Shown: piece by piece, positions 13,091 through 25,085 of the stretch
Layout: every line of letters starts with the position of its first letter
Numbering within the stretch: position 1 is the first letter of the stretch
Source of the DNA: Vicugna vicugna
Lineage: Eukaryota
Length of the DNA: 64,000 nucleotides
Direction of reading: 5' to 3'
Assembly (NCBI GenBank): GCA_013265495.1
Contig: MU058687.1
Location: forward strand, 4,028,093 to 4,092,092
Notes under the pieces: generated by a model
Told to the model about the DNA's origin: nothing
Seen by the model: the letters and a program-made list of their open reading frames with translations, nothing else
Databases searched by the model: none
Position numbers and translations under genes: made by a program

Positions 13091-13972
13091 GTCTGTGTCG
13101 AGGTTTCTGTGACTGTGTGTGTTTATTGAAGGAAATGGCGGTCTGTCCTCCCTATTCATGTCCTCAGATGTTCATGGAGCCCCTCTGTCACGAGGGGACA
13201 TTTTTGGCCTGACATTTTAAAGATGCTGAAGTTAAAGAGCTGGCTTGCAGACAGCCCCCAGTGCTTTTCTGGGCACCATGAAGCACGTGGGGGTATGGCT
13301 ATTAGAGGAAGCTTGAAGTTGGTTAGTGTGTAAGCAGTGTGGGAAGATTTTGCTTTTAAGCCTTTGAAATGAAAAATAGAGACAGGAGGGAAATGGCCCT
13401 TTGCTAAGAGAAAAATGTTGAGGCATAAAGAGAGCCAGAGACAGGAAACAAAAGTTGGACCATGAGGATGTTGGTGGGGATGGTCGTAGTTCTGTGTGTG
13501 TCTGGGATGGGAGTCACCTGCATCAGAGGTCACAGTGGAGCCCTTGATGTGGATCTGAGACGTCACAACTTCCCATCCAGTTGTGCTCTGTACACTTACA
13601 CCTTCAGCCAAAAAAGAGACATGCTACCATTGTTGCCATCCAAAGTCACTTCATAGAACCAGTGTATCCTAGCTGTCACTGTGTGTTAAAACACTTCTCT
13701 CTGCTGTTTTTAAGTAGATAGATCCACTCATGTAGGTACGCTTGTGCTTATGTGCATACTGCATGTAGTACGTGCTGCACTGAATTCTCCCAGTTGGGGC
13801 ATGGTGACTGACAGGAAAGCACTGTCTTAGGAAGTCTGATGCATGGTGCAGTGTGGGCAGGGAAACTCTTCTTATTGATCCCTTTGTCACGGATCAGTTG
13901 TATTTAATGTCAGGGAGGAATGTCTGTACAGATTTAGAAAATAACCTTATTTCTTTGTCAACTGAGATGGGT

Positions 13973-14610
13973 AATTCATTCAATTAATACTCATTTAATG
14001 ACAACCCACAACGTGCTGGAGCCCAGAGGCACGTGACCCAGGCAGGGGCCCTGCCCTCAAAGAACATCATAATGCAGTATGATAATACTGTGACAGAGGT
14101 ACTGGGGGCCGAGGACACTTGGAGAAGGGGCATCTGACTTAGAATGGAGATCACAAAGGCTGCCTGGAGGAGATGGGGCTTGAGCTGTGTTTTGAAAGAT
14201 GAGCAGGACACAGACAGACAAAGGGGGCAGGGAGAGGAATTCCAGGGAAAGGGCTGAGCATATGGAGGCAGGTAGCAATCTGCAATATTTGGCAAGGGAT
14301 GAGTGGATCAGGACTGCAGGCCCTTGGGCTGCTTTGGGAAGAGTGACTGGGAATGAGGCTGCAGGGGACACAGGGGTCAGATCACAAAGGAAGTCAGACC
14401 ATGAAGGTTTGAATGGCTCAGTTAGGAGTGGAGGTTCATCTTGAAACCAATGACTGGAATCTTTGACTGACTTATGAGAGGAGGATGACACGGTCACATC
14501 TACACGTGGAAGGATCACTCTGGTGGTGATTTGGAGGAGAAAGTGGTGAAGGACAGGATGGGGGCAGGGAGTGGTCAGGAGCTAATTTCAGTGAAAAGGT
14601 GTGAGATGGC
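13973..14610 (-). mobile_element. L2 LINE fragment
   Basis: attcattcaa...ccctgccctcaa...ggctgcctggaggag...ttgagctgtgttttgaaagatgag...ggaaggatcactctgg. Confidence 0.8.
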
Positions 14611-14794
14611 ACACGAGAAAGTAAACTCTAAAGATTCTAATGAAAGATGCTATTAATCAAATGTTCTGTTTATGAGGATGGTACAGTTAAGCCAGGCACT
14701 AGGAAAAGAAGTCAGATGGCTTTCAAGCTTGGAGTAAAAAAGGAAATGAATAGATCATAAAACTAGGCTCTGGGATATCCCTGTATTTTGTAGG

Positions 14795-15040
14795 GAAATG
14801 GTACAACTTAGTGGTTAAGCTCCAGAGCTTCGGAGTCTGACAGACTTGGATTTGATTCCTGGCCTGGACTCTTACTAGACATATGACCTTGGGCATGTCA
14901 TTGACCCTCAGTTTTTCATCTGTTGAATGGGGTGACACTAACATATGACTCACAGGTTCTTGTGAGAATTCCATAAGAAAGTACATGTTAAGCACTTTTT
15001 CGTACCCAGTAAGTGCTTGGTACATGACCACTCTTCTTAT
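14795..15040 (+). mobile_element. MIR SINE, near full length
   Basis: tagtggttaag...ggagtctgacagacttggatttgattcctgg...tgaccttgggca...cctcagtttttcatctgttgaatgggg...ttgtgagaatt. Confidence 0.85.
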
Positions 15041-15409
15041 TTTTGTAATTTGTAAAGCCAGAGAAGGGAGGTTGTAGTAGAAAAGGCATGGCACAGGTGT
15101 TAACAGGGCTTGAGCTTTCAGGAGACTAAGCTGTGGTCTCCTTCTGAAACCTAGGACACAATTTTCAGGGCTCTTGGAAAACATTTGTCCAGTAAGCAGA
15201 TTCATGCATGGTACCAGTGAAACTGGGGATCCTTGGAAAAGCGAATTGACAACGCTCTTTACCTCTCAGTGTGTAACAGGGCAAGAGAGAGGGAGAGAGA
15301 GACTGAGAGAGAGGGAGATATTATGAAAGGGAGAACTATAATAATTTGGGAAGGTGAAAAGCTTCCCAGTTTCTGAGCTTTTCTAAGCCTCATTTAAAAG
15401 TGATGTTCA

Positions 15410-15725
15410 ATTGCAAACTGACAGCTCATGTAACTAGCATGCAGACATAATTTTTAAAGTCAAGCCAACATTTAAAAATTGGAGATTTTACCCAAAAGTA
15501 AGAGATTCCTGGATTATGTTAGAAAATCAGAAGATGTGGCCAGCCAGGTTCTTACTCCTCCGAGGCCACCAAGGCTGCTGACCCTCTTGAGTGAAGAGTG
15601 AGTTTTCCAGTTCTCTCCAGGCTCATCACCCCGGGGTCTGTGCCCATCACTCATGCCAGCCCCACTTCTCTTACATGTAACCGAACTGGCTCAGTGGTCT
15701 CCAGAATCCTATGTAAACTTACAAA
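15410..15725 (+). mobile_element. MER102-like hAT-Charlie DNA transposon
   Basis: gccaacatttaaaaattggagattttac...gaaaatcagaagatgtggc...ttttccagttc matches the remembered MER102 consensus. Confidence 0.65.
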
Positions 15726-16247
15726 TCCATCATCCTGTGAAAAAAATACATATATGCTAGAAAAAATGCATATGGGTTGGGCAGAGTCCAGGTATGAATG
15801 TCCTTTGTGGAACTGGTCTTTCTATTCTGCACGCTGAACGTTCAGAGGTCCAAAACTATTCCCTAAGGTTGGCACCAGGGTGGAGGCGAGGCAGCAGGTA
15901 GGGGAGCGTAGGGGAGAAGTAGACAGAGTAGACAGAAGGAATCTGTGATGATCTCAGAACCCCAGTCTCCTGTGCTCCTGTGGAACTGCAGTTGAGAGGC
16001 AGCGTGGAGGAGCATCTGCTGGGCAGGGCTGGAATATAGATTGTGTTTTCGAAATGGCTGATTTATCAGGTGCAAGCAGAGCATGACAAAACGGCTCTGC
16101 GCTGTTCTCCTTCTGTCGCCGTCCCCTGCCCCTGGCCCCTAGCCTTCCTCTCGCTCCCCCTCTGACACACCAAGCCCTCGCAGCATTTGCTCCCCTTCCA
16201 CCTGACTCCCCCTCGCTTTCCTGGCAGGTTCACGGAGAAACAACCGG

Positions 16248-16261
16248 GTCTCCATGGCAAC
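16248..16261. promoter_or_regulatory. RFX X-box motif
   Basis: GTCTCCATGGCAAC, near-consensus X-box with a perfect GGCAAC half-site, in non-repetitive sequence. Motif only. Confidence 0.45.
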
Positions 16262-16626
16262 ATGAAGACAGCTGAAAAATGGCAGCTAAATGCAGCTGCC
16301 CCTCATTTAATATCGACTCTGGCACTGACAGAACAGATAATGGGCAATAACACACCATTAAGTTGTGGGGAAATGAAATGCTTCAGCAGAAGGCTGTCAT
16401 GCTGGGGGGATTTATTTGTGACTGTACCAGCACAGATTTCTCTTTGCTTCCTTTCCTTTCATTTTATTCCTCCTTTCCCATGGCAGAGTGTTTCTCTCTC
16501 TTCCTCATTTCTTTCCCATTCCTTCCTTCTGTAGCTTCTCTTTCTGTCTTTCTGCCTCCCATTTCCGCTCCCCCTTTTTTTCCCTCCCAGAACCAGTTAC
16601 GGGTATGCATGAAAGCATACATATAT

Positions 16627-16875
16627 AATAATAGCAATTATTTGCATAATGACTTACAAGTTACAAAGCATTTTCAAATACGTTTTCTTTTTTTATTTGG
16701 ATGATGAGACAACCATGTGAGACGAGTCTGTCTCGGGTGCTGATATTTATTTTACAGATTTTAAAAAGGGCTCAGAGAAGGTGAACAATTTGCCCAAGGT
16801 CACGTAAGCAAATTAAATGTCAGAACCTTCATTCCCATCCAGGTCCCAAAGACAGTTCTTTCCTCTTTACTAAGT
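16627..16875 (-). mobile_element. MIR SINE
   Basis: ttttacagat...ggctcagagaaggtgaacaatttgcccaaggtcac. Confidence 0.8.
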
Positions 16876-16974
16876 GGAAATTTTAGAGTTGCCAGTTCCT
16901 ACTCACTTTATCAGGGTCCTGTTTCTAACTGAATAATCTTCAGCCTCAGAAAAAGTCCCCTAGACTTTGGGACT

Positions 16975-17002
16975 TAGAAGGAAGGTCTTTTTCTTTCTTT
17001 TT

Positions 17003-17041
<39 letters not shown>

Positions 17042-17474
17042 GTTTTATTTATTTATGTTTTCTTGAAGTATAGTTGATTTATAATGTAGTGTTAATTTCT
17101 GGGTATACCATAGTGATTCAGTTTCATATTCTTTTTCATTATAGGCCATTACAAGGTATTGACCTTTGGTTTATCTATTTTATATATAATAATTGGTATC
17201 TGCAAATCCCGATTCACAGTTTATCCTTTCCATCCCCCCACCCCTCCCCGTAACCATAAGTAAGTTTGTTGTCTGTGTCTGTGAGTCTGTTTCTGTTTTG
17301 TAAATAAGTTGATTTGTGTCCTTTTTTTTTTCAGATTCCACATATAAGTGATATCATACTACATTTTTCTTTCTCCTTCTGACTTACTTCACTTAGTATG
17401 ATTATCTCCAGGTCCACCCATGTTGCTGCAAATGCATGATTTTATTCTTTTTTATTACTAGAAGGAAAGTCTTT
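16975..17474 (-). mobile_element. 5'-truncated L1 3' end with (TTTC)n tail-derived microsatellite and 16-bp TSD
   Basis: TAGAAGGAAGGTCTTT (16975-16990) and TAGAAGGAAAGTCTTT (17459-17474) flank (tttc)n plus ttgaagtatagttgattt...agattccacatataagtgatatcata...gacttacttcacttagtatg. Confidence 0.9.
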
Positions 17475-20400
17475 ACATCTTTACTTTAACAACCTCTTGC
17501 CCATCCTGCCCGCCAATTGGCCTTGGGTTGTTGATAAGATTGGACTGTGTTTGTTTTTATTTTTTTAAACCCAATACAACTCGATGTCCAATAACTGCTC
17601 ATTACCTACCGTTGTATCATTATGTAATCACATAATCTTAGCACACAGAAGAGACACAGTGTGCTTGCTCTTTGAGTTGAAAGTGGGAGGATTTTGGTAG
17701 ATGTCGGCTTCGCCTTTTACCAGAGACCACACAGCACACTGAGAACCAAGGGGCATCGCTGATGCACTGGGAGCTCTCTCCTCTAAGCTGTAGCCATTGT
17801 TTAAGATTGATTTCTTAGATCTTCTTAGTTGGAGCTGCACACAGCTCCCATCTTCTCTTAAAGTATTATTTGGTGGACTCTAACGTGTAGAGAGATCTGG
17901 GATCGAGTTCCTGAGTTCATTTGGTCTTGGGAGGTTTACACATAAAGTAAGGATGGATATCCCCATTCTATTTTCATTTCTGGTAATGGCAGATGAGGAA
18001 AGAACTGAATAATATAAAATGTATATGGACATCTAGAGGAGGTGCCATATGCATAATAAATATAGTGGCCATAATCCTAGGAAAGAATGACTTGTGCTGA
18101 TAAAGAGAGCGACACTTGTATTTCATGGTGGGGGTTTTTAACCTAGGATCTCTGAACTCCTTGAAAATGTATGCAGAATTTTGTATGCACAAGGCAGTAG
18201 TGGCTCAGCCCACCACTTTGGCCTTACCAACAAGGGTCTTTGCTCTGCCGCTTGTCAGGTCTGGAGCTTTCAACAAGTTACCCTCCCGAGATTTTGGATT
18301 TTTGAACTTGTCAGTGACTCAAACAAGAACTGCTATTCTGTATTGTTCCTCTTCTATGATTTTTTCCCCCTAATTCCTGCACGCTGAAACTCTTCCTGTC
18401 GGTTCTCTTCTGTGACAGGCATACCCATTTTTAGCCGTGGAAACTCAAATAGGCTTCTGAAAAATGCTCTCCAGGTGGTGAGGAAGCTAAGGAAATCAGG
18501 CTGCTAAAATTATGGATAGGCTCTGGTCACTGTGGCTTGATTTCAGTGCCTGTGTAGTTATTTGCTGTGGATGGTTCCTTAGAGGGAAACAAACCTTCGT
18601 GTCCCATCATGCAACCATGGAATGTTAGAATGGGCAGGAGCGAGAGATTTTTCCACTTCTGCAGTTTCTCAGACCAAATCCTTGCTGCGTGTAAAGCAAC
18701 TCCTTGGCCAACAGCCTGCTTTGCTAAACAACCTCCTTGCTGTTTTGTATCTCTGCCCCCTTTAATCGGCTTGGTTGCTTCAAGTTCTTAAGTGGATTTA
18801 CTGCCATCCTTCATCTAAGGGTGGTATAATATAAAAATAGGAAACATACTTATTCAGTATTTATACTATTTTAGTAGTTGTGTTTTCTTTTTAAAAGGCA
18901 GACGTGGCTGGTTCGTCAGATGAGTGCTTTGAGGATTGAGAAATATTTTTAAATGTTTTATCATTTTAATAAACTTTAAAATTAGATTTTAGCTTTTAGA
19001 AGACTGTTCATAAATTGCCCCATTATCTGATTTTTTTTTGGTTCATTATTCAACGAAATGTAAGAAGAATAAGCCCTTTATCTAGCTGTTGTAATTTTGG
19101 AACCTGACAGTTGTAAATCTGAAGTTAGCAAGCGATAATGGGACACGGCCTTTAAACCAGAGGAAGAATTGTCTCGTAGCCCATGCACTTTCTTCTACAG
19201 GAAAAGAATGGGGTTAGCCAGAGAACTTAGGACCTGGTTCTTATATCAGGCAGAAGAGCCAAGATCTGGGCTAGAGACGGCAAGCAGAATTGGTGGAGAA
19301 TGTTGAAAGTAGTCAAACCTGCTGTGAGCCAGGAGGACAGCAGCAGGGACAGAAGTGCCCCTGAGGGAGGCCACAGAAGGAAATCCTAGTACAGTAGCTC
19401 AGGAGACCAGAATCTTTTAGGATTCAAGCAGCAACCTCAAGAGAACTCAAGAGAATCAAATGTACTCTTAAACCAGAAAAGCATACTCAGGAACCACAGA
19501 GGACTCAGCATTTCTGAGGGAACCAACATTTCTTAGTAGCTTTATTAAAGCACTAGTGGAACTGATGTTCATCAAGACCATAAAATCCTAGACTCTTTGG
19601 GTTGGATGTATCTTAGACATCACCTAGCTTGGGGCTACTTACTATGATTCCTGCAGGTCAGTGGTGTCCAATAACTGTTTGTTACCCACCCATGGGAATA
19701 TAAATATTGAAACTGAAAGTCACCATTGAAGCACTCTGGTAGTGGTTCTGTTTTGGGGGGACGCCCAGGTCAGTGAACTGGTTGAACAGGGTATCACCCA
19801 GTGGCATGTTTTCACATGCACCTGGTGAGTCACACGTGGCATGAGCTCTGCTAATTCTGTGCTGTAGGGTCATACATTGACCTGGGTTGATTGCAATTGG
19901 TTCTTTATCAGAAAGACTTTGCAAAGTCATCATCTAGTTAAACAGCCTTGTTTTATGTATAAGAAGATAATTTATCCAACGACATCTAGGAAGGCAGTCA
20001 CAGAACTACAGTGATACTAAACCAACAAAGGTTTTCAAATTAAGCAGATTATGCCCATCATGCTCTTGTTTCCCAAGAGACGGAAAGCATGCAATACATT
20101 TTAGAAATACTTCCTTGAAAATGCAAACATTTGAAATCTTTAGGCTCTTAAAGCCTTAACAGTTCCTCCAAGGAGTCCACATTTCAAATGAGGTTTTGCT
20201 CTATATACACGCACAGCTGTATCACCCTGCAGAAAACATATTTTACACTTGAAGTTTGTTGATCTCTTGAGGCATTATTTTGTTTCTGGGAATTCTTAAA
20301 GAATATAGGGTCATGCTAAATGGCAGTTTTCTGGGTCAGTTTTGCCCAAGGCACTCTCTAATAGTGAATTAGGGACTGAAGGAACTGTTGTGGGCCCTTA

Positions 20401-20714
20401 TGATGCAGTTTAGGAGTCTCTTGTGGTAATAGTCTAGGTTGGAGCTCAGCATTTAGTGGGACACCAGGGGCCTCAGAGCACGACTAGGCCCCCTTTGGTG
20501 CCCAGATATTCCGCTGAATGGTGTGGGCTCAGGAGTGAGCCTGGAAGTGCCCTTGGGATAGCCCCCTGTCTCCTTCCGTCAGGTTCATGGACAGATGAAA
20601 GGACAAATATGTGGACACTTCTCCCACTGCCCTGCTTAGGTTAGACTGGTTTTTTCTTATGGGTTGAAGTTTTGAACCAACTGGAAGTAGGCAGTATCAT
20701 AATGATCTCAATTT

Positions 20715-20860
20715 CACAATAATAACAGTATCTAACCCGTAAAATCTTACGTTTTTGTCTCATTGGGTCCACACCATAATCCTACAGAATTGGCAAGGCA
20801 ACCACTACTCAATTCTTTGTTATAAGTAAGGGTAATAAAGGGCTCAAAGAGATGAACAGA
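20715..20860 (-). mobile_element. MIR fragment
   Basis: aataataacagtatct...tctcattgggtcc...agggctcaaagagatgaac. Confidence 0.45.
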
Positions 20861-20869
20861 TGTTAATTT

Positions 20870-21679
20870 TATTCCCAAATTAAAACTGAAATCCACCCAC
20901 ACATGACCATCTCCATCGTCACTATCCAGTTCCGTGCCATCATCATCCGTCCCCTGGACGATTGTGGTAGCCTAGCAGCAGTCTCCTTGCTTCACTCTTA
21001 GCCCCTCCTAATTATTTACATGAAAGCCAGAGTGCTTTTTTGTTTGTTTGTTTTGTTTTTTGTGGGGAGTTATTTTCCTGGAGCGACTGGGGATTGAACC
21101 CAGGACCTTATGCATGCTAAGCACATCCTGTACCACTGAGCTGTATCCTCCCCTCTAAGAGTGCTTTTTTTTTTTCCCCAAAGGTATAAGTCATACGATA
21201 TCCTGTAAGCTTAACACCGTTTCATGGTTCTTACTTATTTCTTTCTTTTTATTTTAGAATAAAGTCCAACCTCTGTGACAAGGTTTGCAAACCCCACCAT
21301 GATCCAGCACTTGCCCACCTCTTATGGGGCTGCATCCTCCTCTTACGGGGCTCTCCCCTTACTCCTGAGCCATTGGCCCCGTTAGCTTTCAGACTCATCA
21401 GGTTCTTTTCTACTCTTGCCAGTCATTCCTTCTCCATCCTCCAGTGGCTAAATTGTGGTCCTTTGAAGGTTGCAGTTTTAATTTTGCTTCCTCAAGAGGA
21501 CATTCCCTAAAAAGACATGGATGGGCAGGAGTGGTGTGAGATGGTGCCACTCTGCCCTGAAATAATTCCTGATTCCCTTTGGTTTTGCCGGGTTCCCGGC
21601 AAAGCATATAGCCAGGCACATAGTGGAAGCTTAATACACATCTGGATACGTGAATCAGTGTGTAATGAAAGAATGAATG
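20870..21679 (+). mobile_element. L2 LINE 3' portion (interrupted by a SINE)
   Basis: gccatcatcatc...cctggacgattgtggtagcct...gccagagtg...agaataaagtccaa...ccaggcacatagtgg...gaatgaatg terminal repeat. Confidence 0.75.
21029..21170 (-). mobile_element. tRNA-derived SINE, Vic-1-like (camelid), with 13-bp TSD
   Basis: Minus strand reads GGGAGGATACAGCTCAGTGGTACAGGATGTGCTTAGCATGCATAAGGTCCTGGGTTCAATCCCCAG (A and B boxes) plus an A-rich tail. AGAGTGCTTTTTT is duplicated at 21029-21041 and 21158-21170. Confidence 0.85.
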
Positions 21680-22459
21680 CTATTTCTATATTGTGACAAA
21701 TTCCACTGTTGGGCTTTCTTTGTGTGTACAGTGTGAGAATGCACTGTCTTCAAGGTGCACCATCCTCCTCTCTGCTTTCAGTGGGCTCCGTCCCCCTCCC
21801 CTACACGCAGTGCTGCACTTGAACCAAATAGCCTCTGACCTATCATTTTCCCTTTCTCTTGCCACTGCTGAAGTCTGTTCTGAGTGAGGAAGCAGCTTGG
21901 TTATAAAACAAAAGCCCTGTTTTTTTTTTTCCCCTGAAGAATACCATCAGGACGAAGGCTATGATTAATACACATAATTGAAACAAATGGCAGCTAACTG
22001 CAGAACACCATCTCCCAGCTGTTGGAGGAAGGAAATTGCTGACAGCCGGTCCCTGCTGAGTGCCTACCAAAAGAGAGGAGCCAGTAGGAGCAGGAGAGAA
22101 TCTGCATCGCCATCTCACTCCACTCCACTCCAGGGATGCGGTGTGGGCCAGAGATGCCCTGAGGGCTCTGTCTCCTGTGGAAGCTTTGCCATAAAATGGT
22201 GGTGTCATCAGCTTTCATGGCTGGGGCTCAGAGCTGGGCTTTCTGTGTGTGGGGATGATTTGGCAGGAGGAGACTGAATCCTTCTAGGGTCCTTCTGTCC
22301 CAGGCAGCATGGCTGCAAACCCCAGGTTGATTCGCTGTATAAGGAGACAAGACGCTTCTTGACCTGTTTCACACTTTTCCTTCTATCCTTTCTTGTTACT
22401 CCATCCTGTGCCAGTGGCGTGGGGACAGCAGTGCCGAGGAAGCAGGGTCTAGGTTCTTG

Positions 22460-22580
22460 CTCTGAGACCATTCTGTGACGCTGAGCAGACCTTTCACCTT
22501 CCTAGGTCTCAGTCTGCTTAGCGTGTAAAATGAGACATCAGACCGGGAGATCACTGTCCTCTCAGTTCTCAGGGTCTGTG
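22460..22580 (+). mobile_element. MIR fragment
   Basis: ctgtgacgctgagcagacctttcaccttcctaggtctcagtctgcttagcgtgtaaaatgag. Confidence 0.55.
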
Positions 22581-22624
22581 TTAGGGGAAAAAAAATGTAT
22601 GTACAAGTTATACATATGTATTAC

Positions 22625-22685
22625 ATCTGTCTGTTTGTCTGCCTGTCTATCTGTCTTTCTGTCTATCTATGTATCTATCTAGATA
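22625..22685. repeat. Imperfect (TCTG)n/(TCTA)n microsatellite
   Basis: atctgtctgtttgtctgcctgtctatctgtctttctgtctatctatgtatctatct. Confidence 0.8.
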
Positions 22686-23894
22686 TTTGTCTCCTACTCT
22701 CAGTCGACTGTTTTATAGTTAGCACCCCAAAGGTTACATGGCCCTGTGTCAGTCTCAACATGTATCTGGCTACCCTCGTACCTAGCTGAGGTGCAAGGCC
22801 TGGAGCCGGACACACTCGGCGCACATAAGCTTCTTCAGGCCACCACGCCCGAGTTGCACATATACTTTTGCTTTGACTTTGGCAAAAACAAAACATCTCA
22901 GAAACCAAGCAAGTCAGAAACAAAGCCTTGGGCTAAGGTATGCTGTGGTATTTGATGACGCTCTTTCCTCTAGGTCTTTAGCAGGGAGAATTTTGCCACG
23001 TGACACGCATTTACCCGGTGCACCTATACCGTTATTACTAAGAACGTGAGTGCAGAACTTGGGCGCCATGTGTGCTGGGAATCGGCTGAAGGACAGTGTC
23101 AGCAACACACCAGCTTTGGAATTAAATGCACCGCGGGTACCATCCCTCTGGAAAACTGTGTGCTCTGTGAATGCTGACTCTGAAAGTGCACACTCCGAAT
23201 ATCAGGGCCCAGGAAATAGCTGAGAGAGAACCGTGTCCTAGAAGGACTAACCTTAGTGAGTTTCCTCATCTCTGTTTATCCTGAAACCGTCCAAAAAGTA
23301 ATGCTTTCTTCTTTTTAGGAATCAGAAAACTGAGGATCAGGGAAATTAGCTGCTTTTATTCCAGGTTATTCTGTTAGTTGCAGGTATTAGTAATAACATT
23401 TTTCAGTGCTTTGGTGCCAAAGAATAAAAAAATTCTTTCTTCAAATAGAAGGGGACTTCTGTAGGGATTCAATGGGGAAAATAGCTTTATTAGAACTTCA
23501 GAAGTTTTGCTTCTCTCTCTGCCCTCTGATTATTCCTGTGACTTTTATGTATGACTTCCTCATGCAATGGCTGTGTCCTACCAGACAATTTTGGAACCTT
23601 ACCCAGTAGACCTTCAGACTCATTACTGTTACTCCTGAGATCATCTCCTTGAGGAATTCCATCAGAGAGGGTGGAGCATTATCCAGAAGCCAGACGTCTG
23701 CACTGGCTGCTTGCATTTTTCTGGGGAGACCCTCCTCTACCTCAGCCAAGAGTCACAAGTTGTTACCAAGATCAAAAGCCACTGAACATCAGGGAGAGGT
23801 TGAGGAGCCCTGGCCTTTTGTCACTGTCACTTTTACATATGGATGGGTGGCCCTGTTTCTAAAATTACATTTTGATTTTTCCATGTGTTCTCAC

Positions 23895-24268
23895 TGCTAT
23901 GGACTGAATGTGTGTCCTTCTTCCCCTAGTCCTTCAAATTCATTTGTTGAAGCCCTAGTCCCTGATGTGATGGCATTTGTTAATGAGAGCTGTGGGAGGG
24001 ATCAGGTTCAGACAGAGCCCCCATGGTGGGACTAGGACCTTTGTAAGAAGAGGAAGGGAGACCAGAGCACACTTTCTTTCTCCACCATATAAAGATATAG
24101 CAAGAAGGCAGCTGCCACCTGCAAACCAGGACCTTACCAGACACCAGATAATCTGCCGGCACCTTGATCTTGGACTTCCCAGTCTCCAGAGCTTGGAGAA
24201 ACAAGCGTCTGCTGTTTACACCACCCAGTCTGTGGTGTTTGTTATAGCAGCCCTCGCGGGCTAAGACA
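23895..24268 (+). mobile_element. MLT1A-type MaLR solo LTR
   Basis: Starts TGCTATGGACTGAATG and ends GTTATAGCAGCCC...CTAAGACA (TG...CA termini); 374 bp; 5-bp TSD CTCAC/CTTAC. Confidence 0.9.
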
Positions 24269-24869
24269 CTTACCTTGCAGGCAGAACAGGGCTAGGAGCT
24301 ATCCTGCAGGCGTGGGGTCACTTATTTTTATTTCCATGGAAATCACTGACTAGCCAGTTGGCACACTGATGGTAGGGCCTGAAGAAAGGAGAGAAACACC
24401 AAGTACCTTTGAAACAATTCCAACTTTGAGACACTTTTCATCATTTCAGACAAATGCAGATAGAATGTTTACTGAGGTGTTGCCCTGGCTCTTTGCGTAA
24501 TGTTTGGATAGCACAGTCCTTAGCTGCATGCAGATAACGTGTTCGACTGCTGGAAAAATAAGCCGCTCGCACTGCCTCTGATTTATTCCATCTCTCTCTC
24601 GTGTCCTTGTTCACAGTAAACACATCAATACAGGGCAGCTAGCAAAGGAGCACTTCTTTATCAGAGGTACATGTGGGTTCTGGTGGACACAGATGCATCT
24701 CAGACAGCAGATACGGCAGAAGGGGGAATCACTGAAAAAGCAGGCATACCCTTTCCTGCGGTGGGTGGTGGTGGTCTTTATTGGTGTCTAGGAATCAGAA
24801 CATAGAGGAAGATGAAAGGACCGTCTTAGTTTTTGGTGGTGGAAATTACATTGAAAGCCACGTACAATG

Positions 24870-25085
24870 ATGATGGTGATGATGATGATTGTCAAGTGCT
24901 TGCTGTATGCCAGGTTCTGCTCTAAACGCTTTACGTGCATTATTTGATTTAAATCGCACTACAACTCCAGGTGAGACTTGCAGTTGTTATAATACCCATT
25001 ATATTAGGTGTGGAAACTGAGGCTCAGGGAGTTATATAACTTTCCAGTTTCACGTAGGTTAAGCATTAGGATTGGGATAAGAGCT
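24870..25085 (-). mobile_element. MIR SINE
   Basis: agtgcttgctgtatgccaggttctgctctaaacgctttacgtgcattatt...ggaaactgaggctcagggag. Confidence 0.8.

Noticed and set aside
21075..21155. tRNA gene
   Set aside because: Has an A-rich tail and TSD and a degenerate cloverleaf; it is a tRNA-derived SINE.
24330..24343. Perfect 14-bp palindrome ATTTCCATGGAAAT
   Set aside because: A few palindromes of this length are expected by chance in 64 kb, and it lacks the terminal G/C of an X-box.
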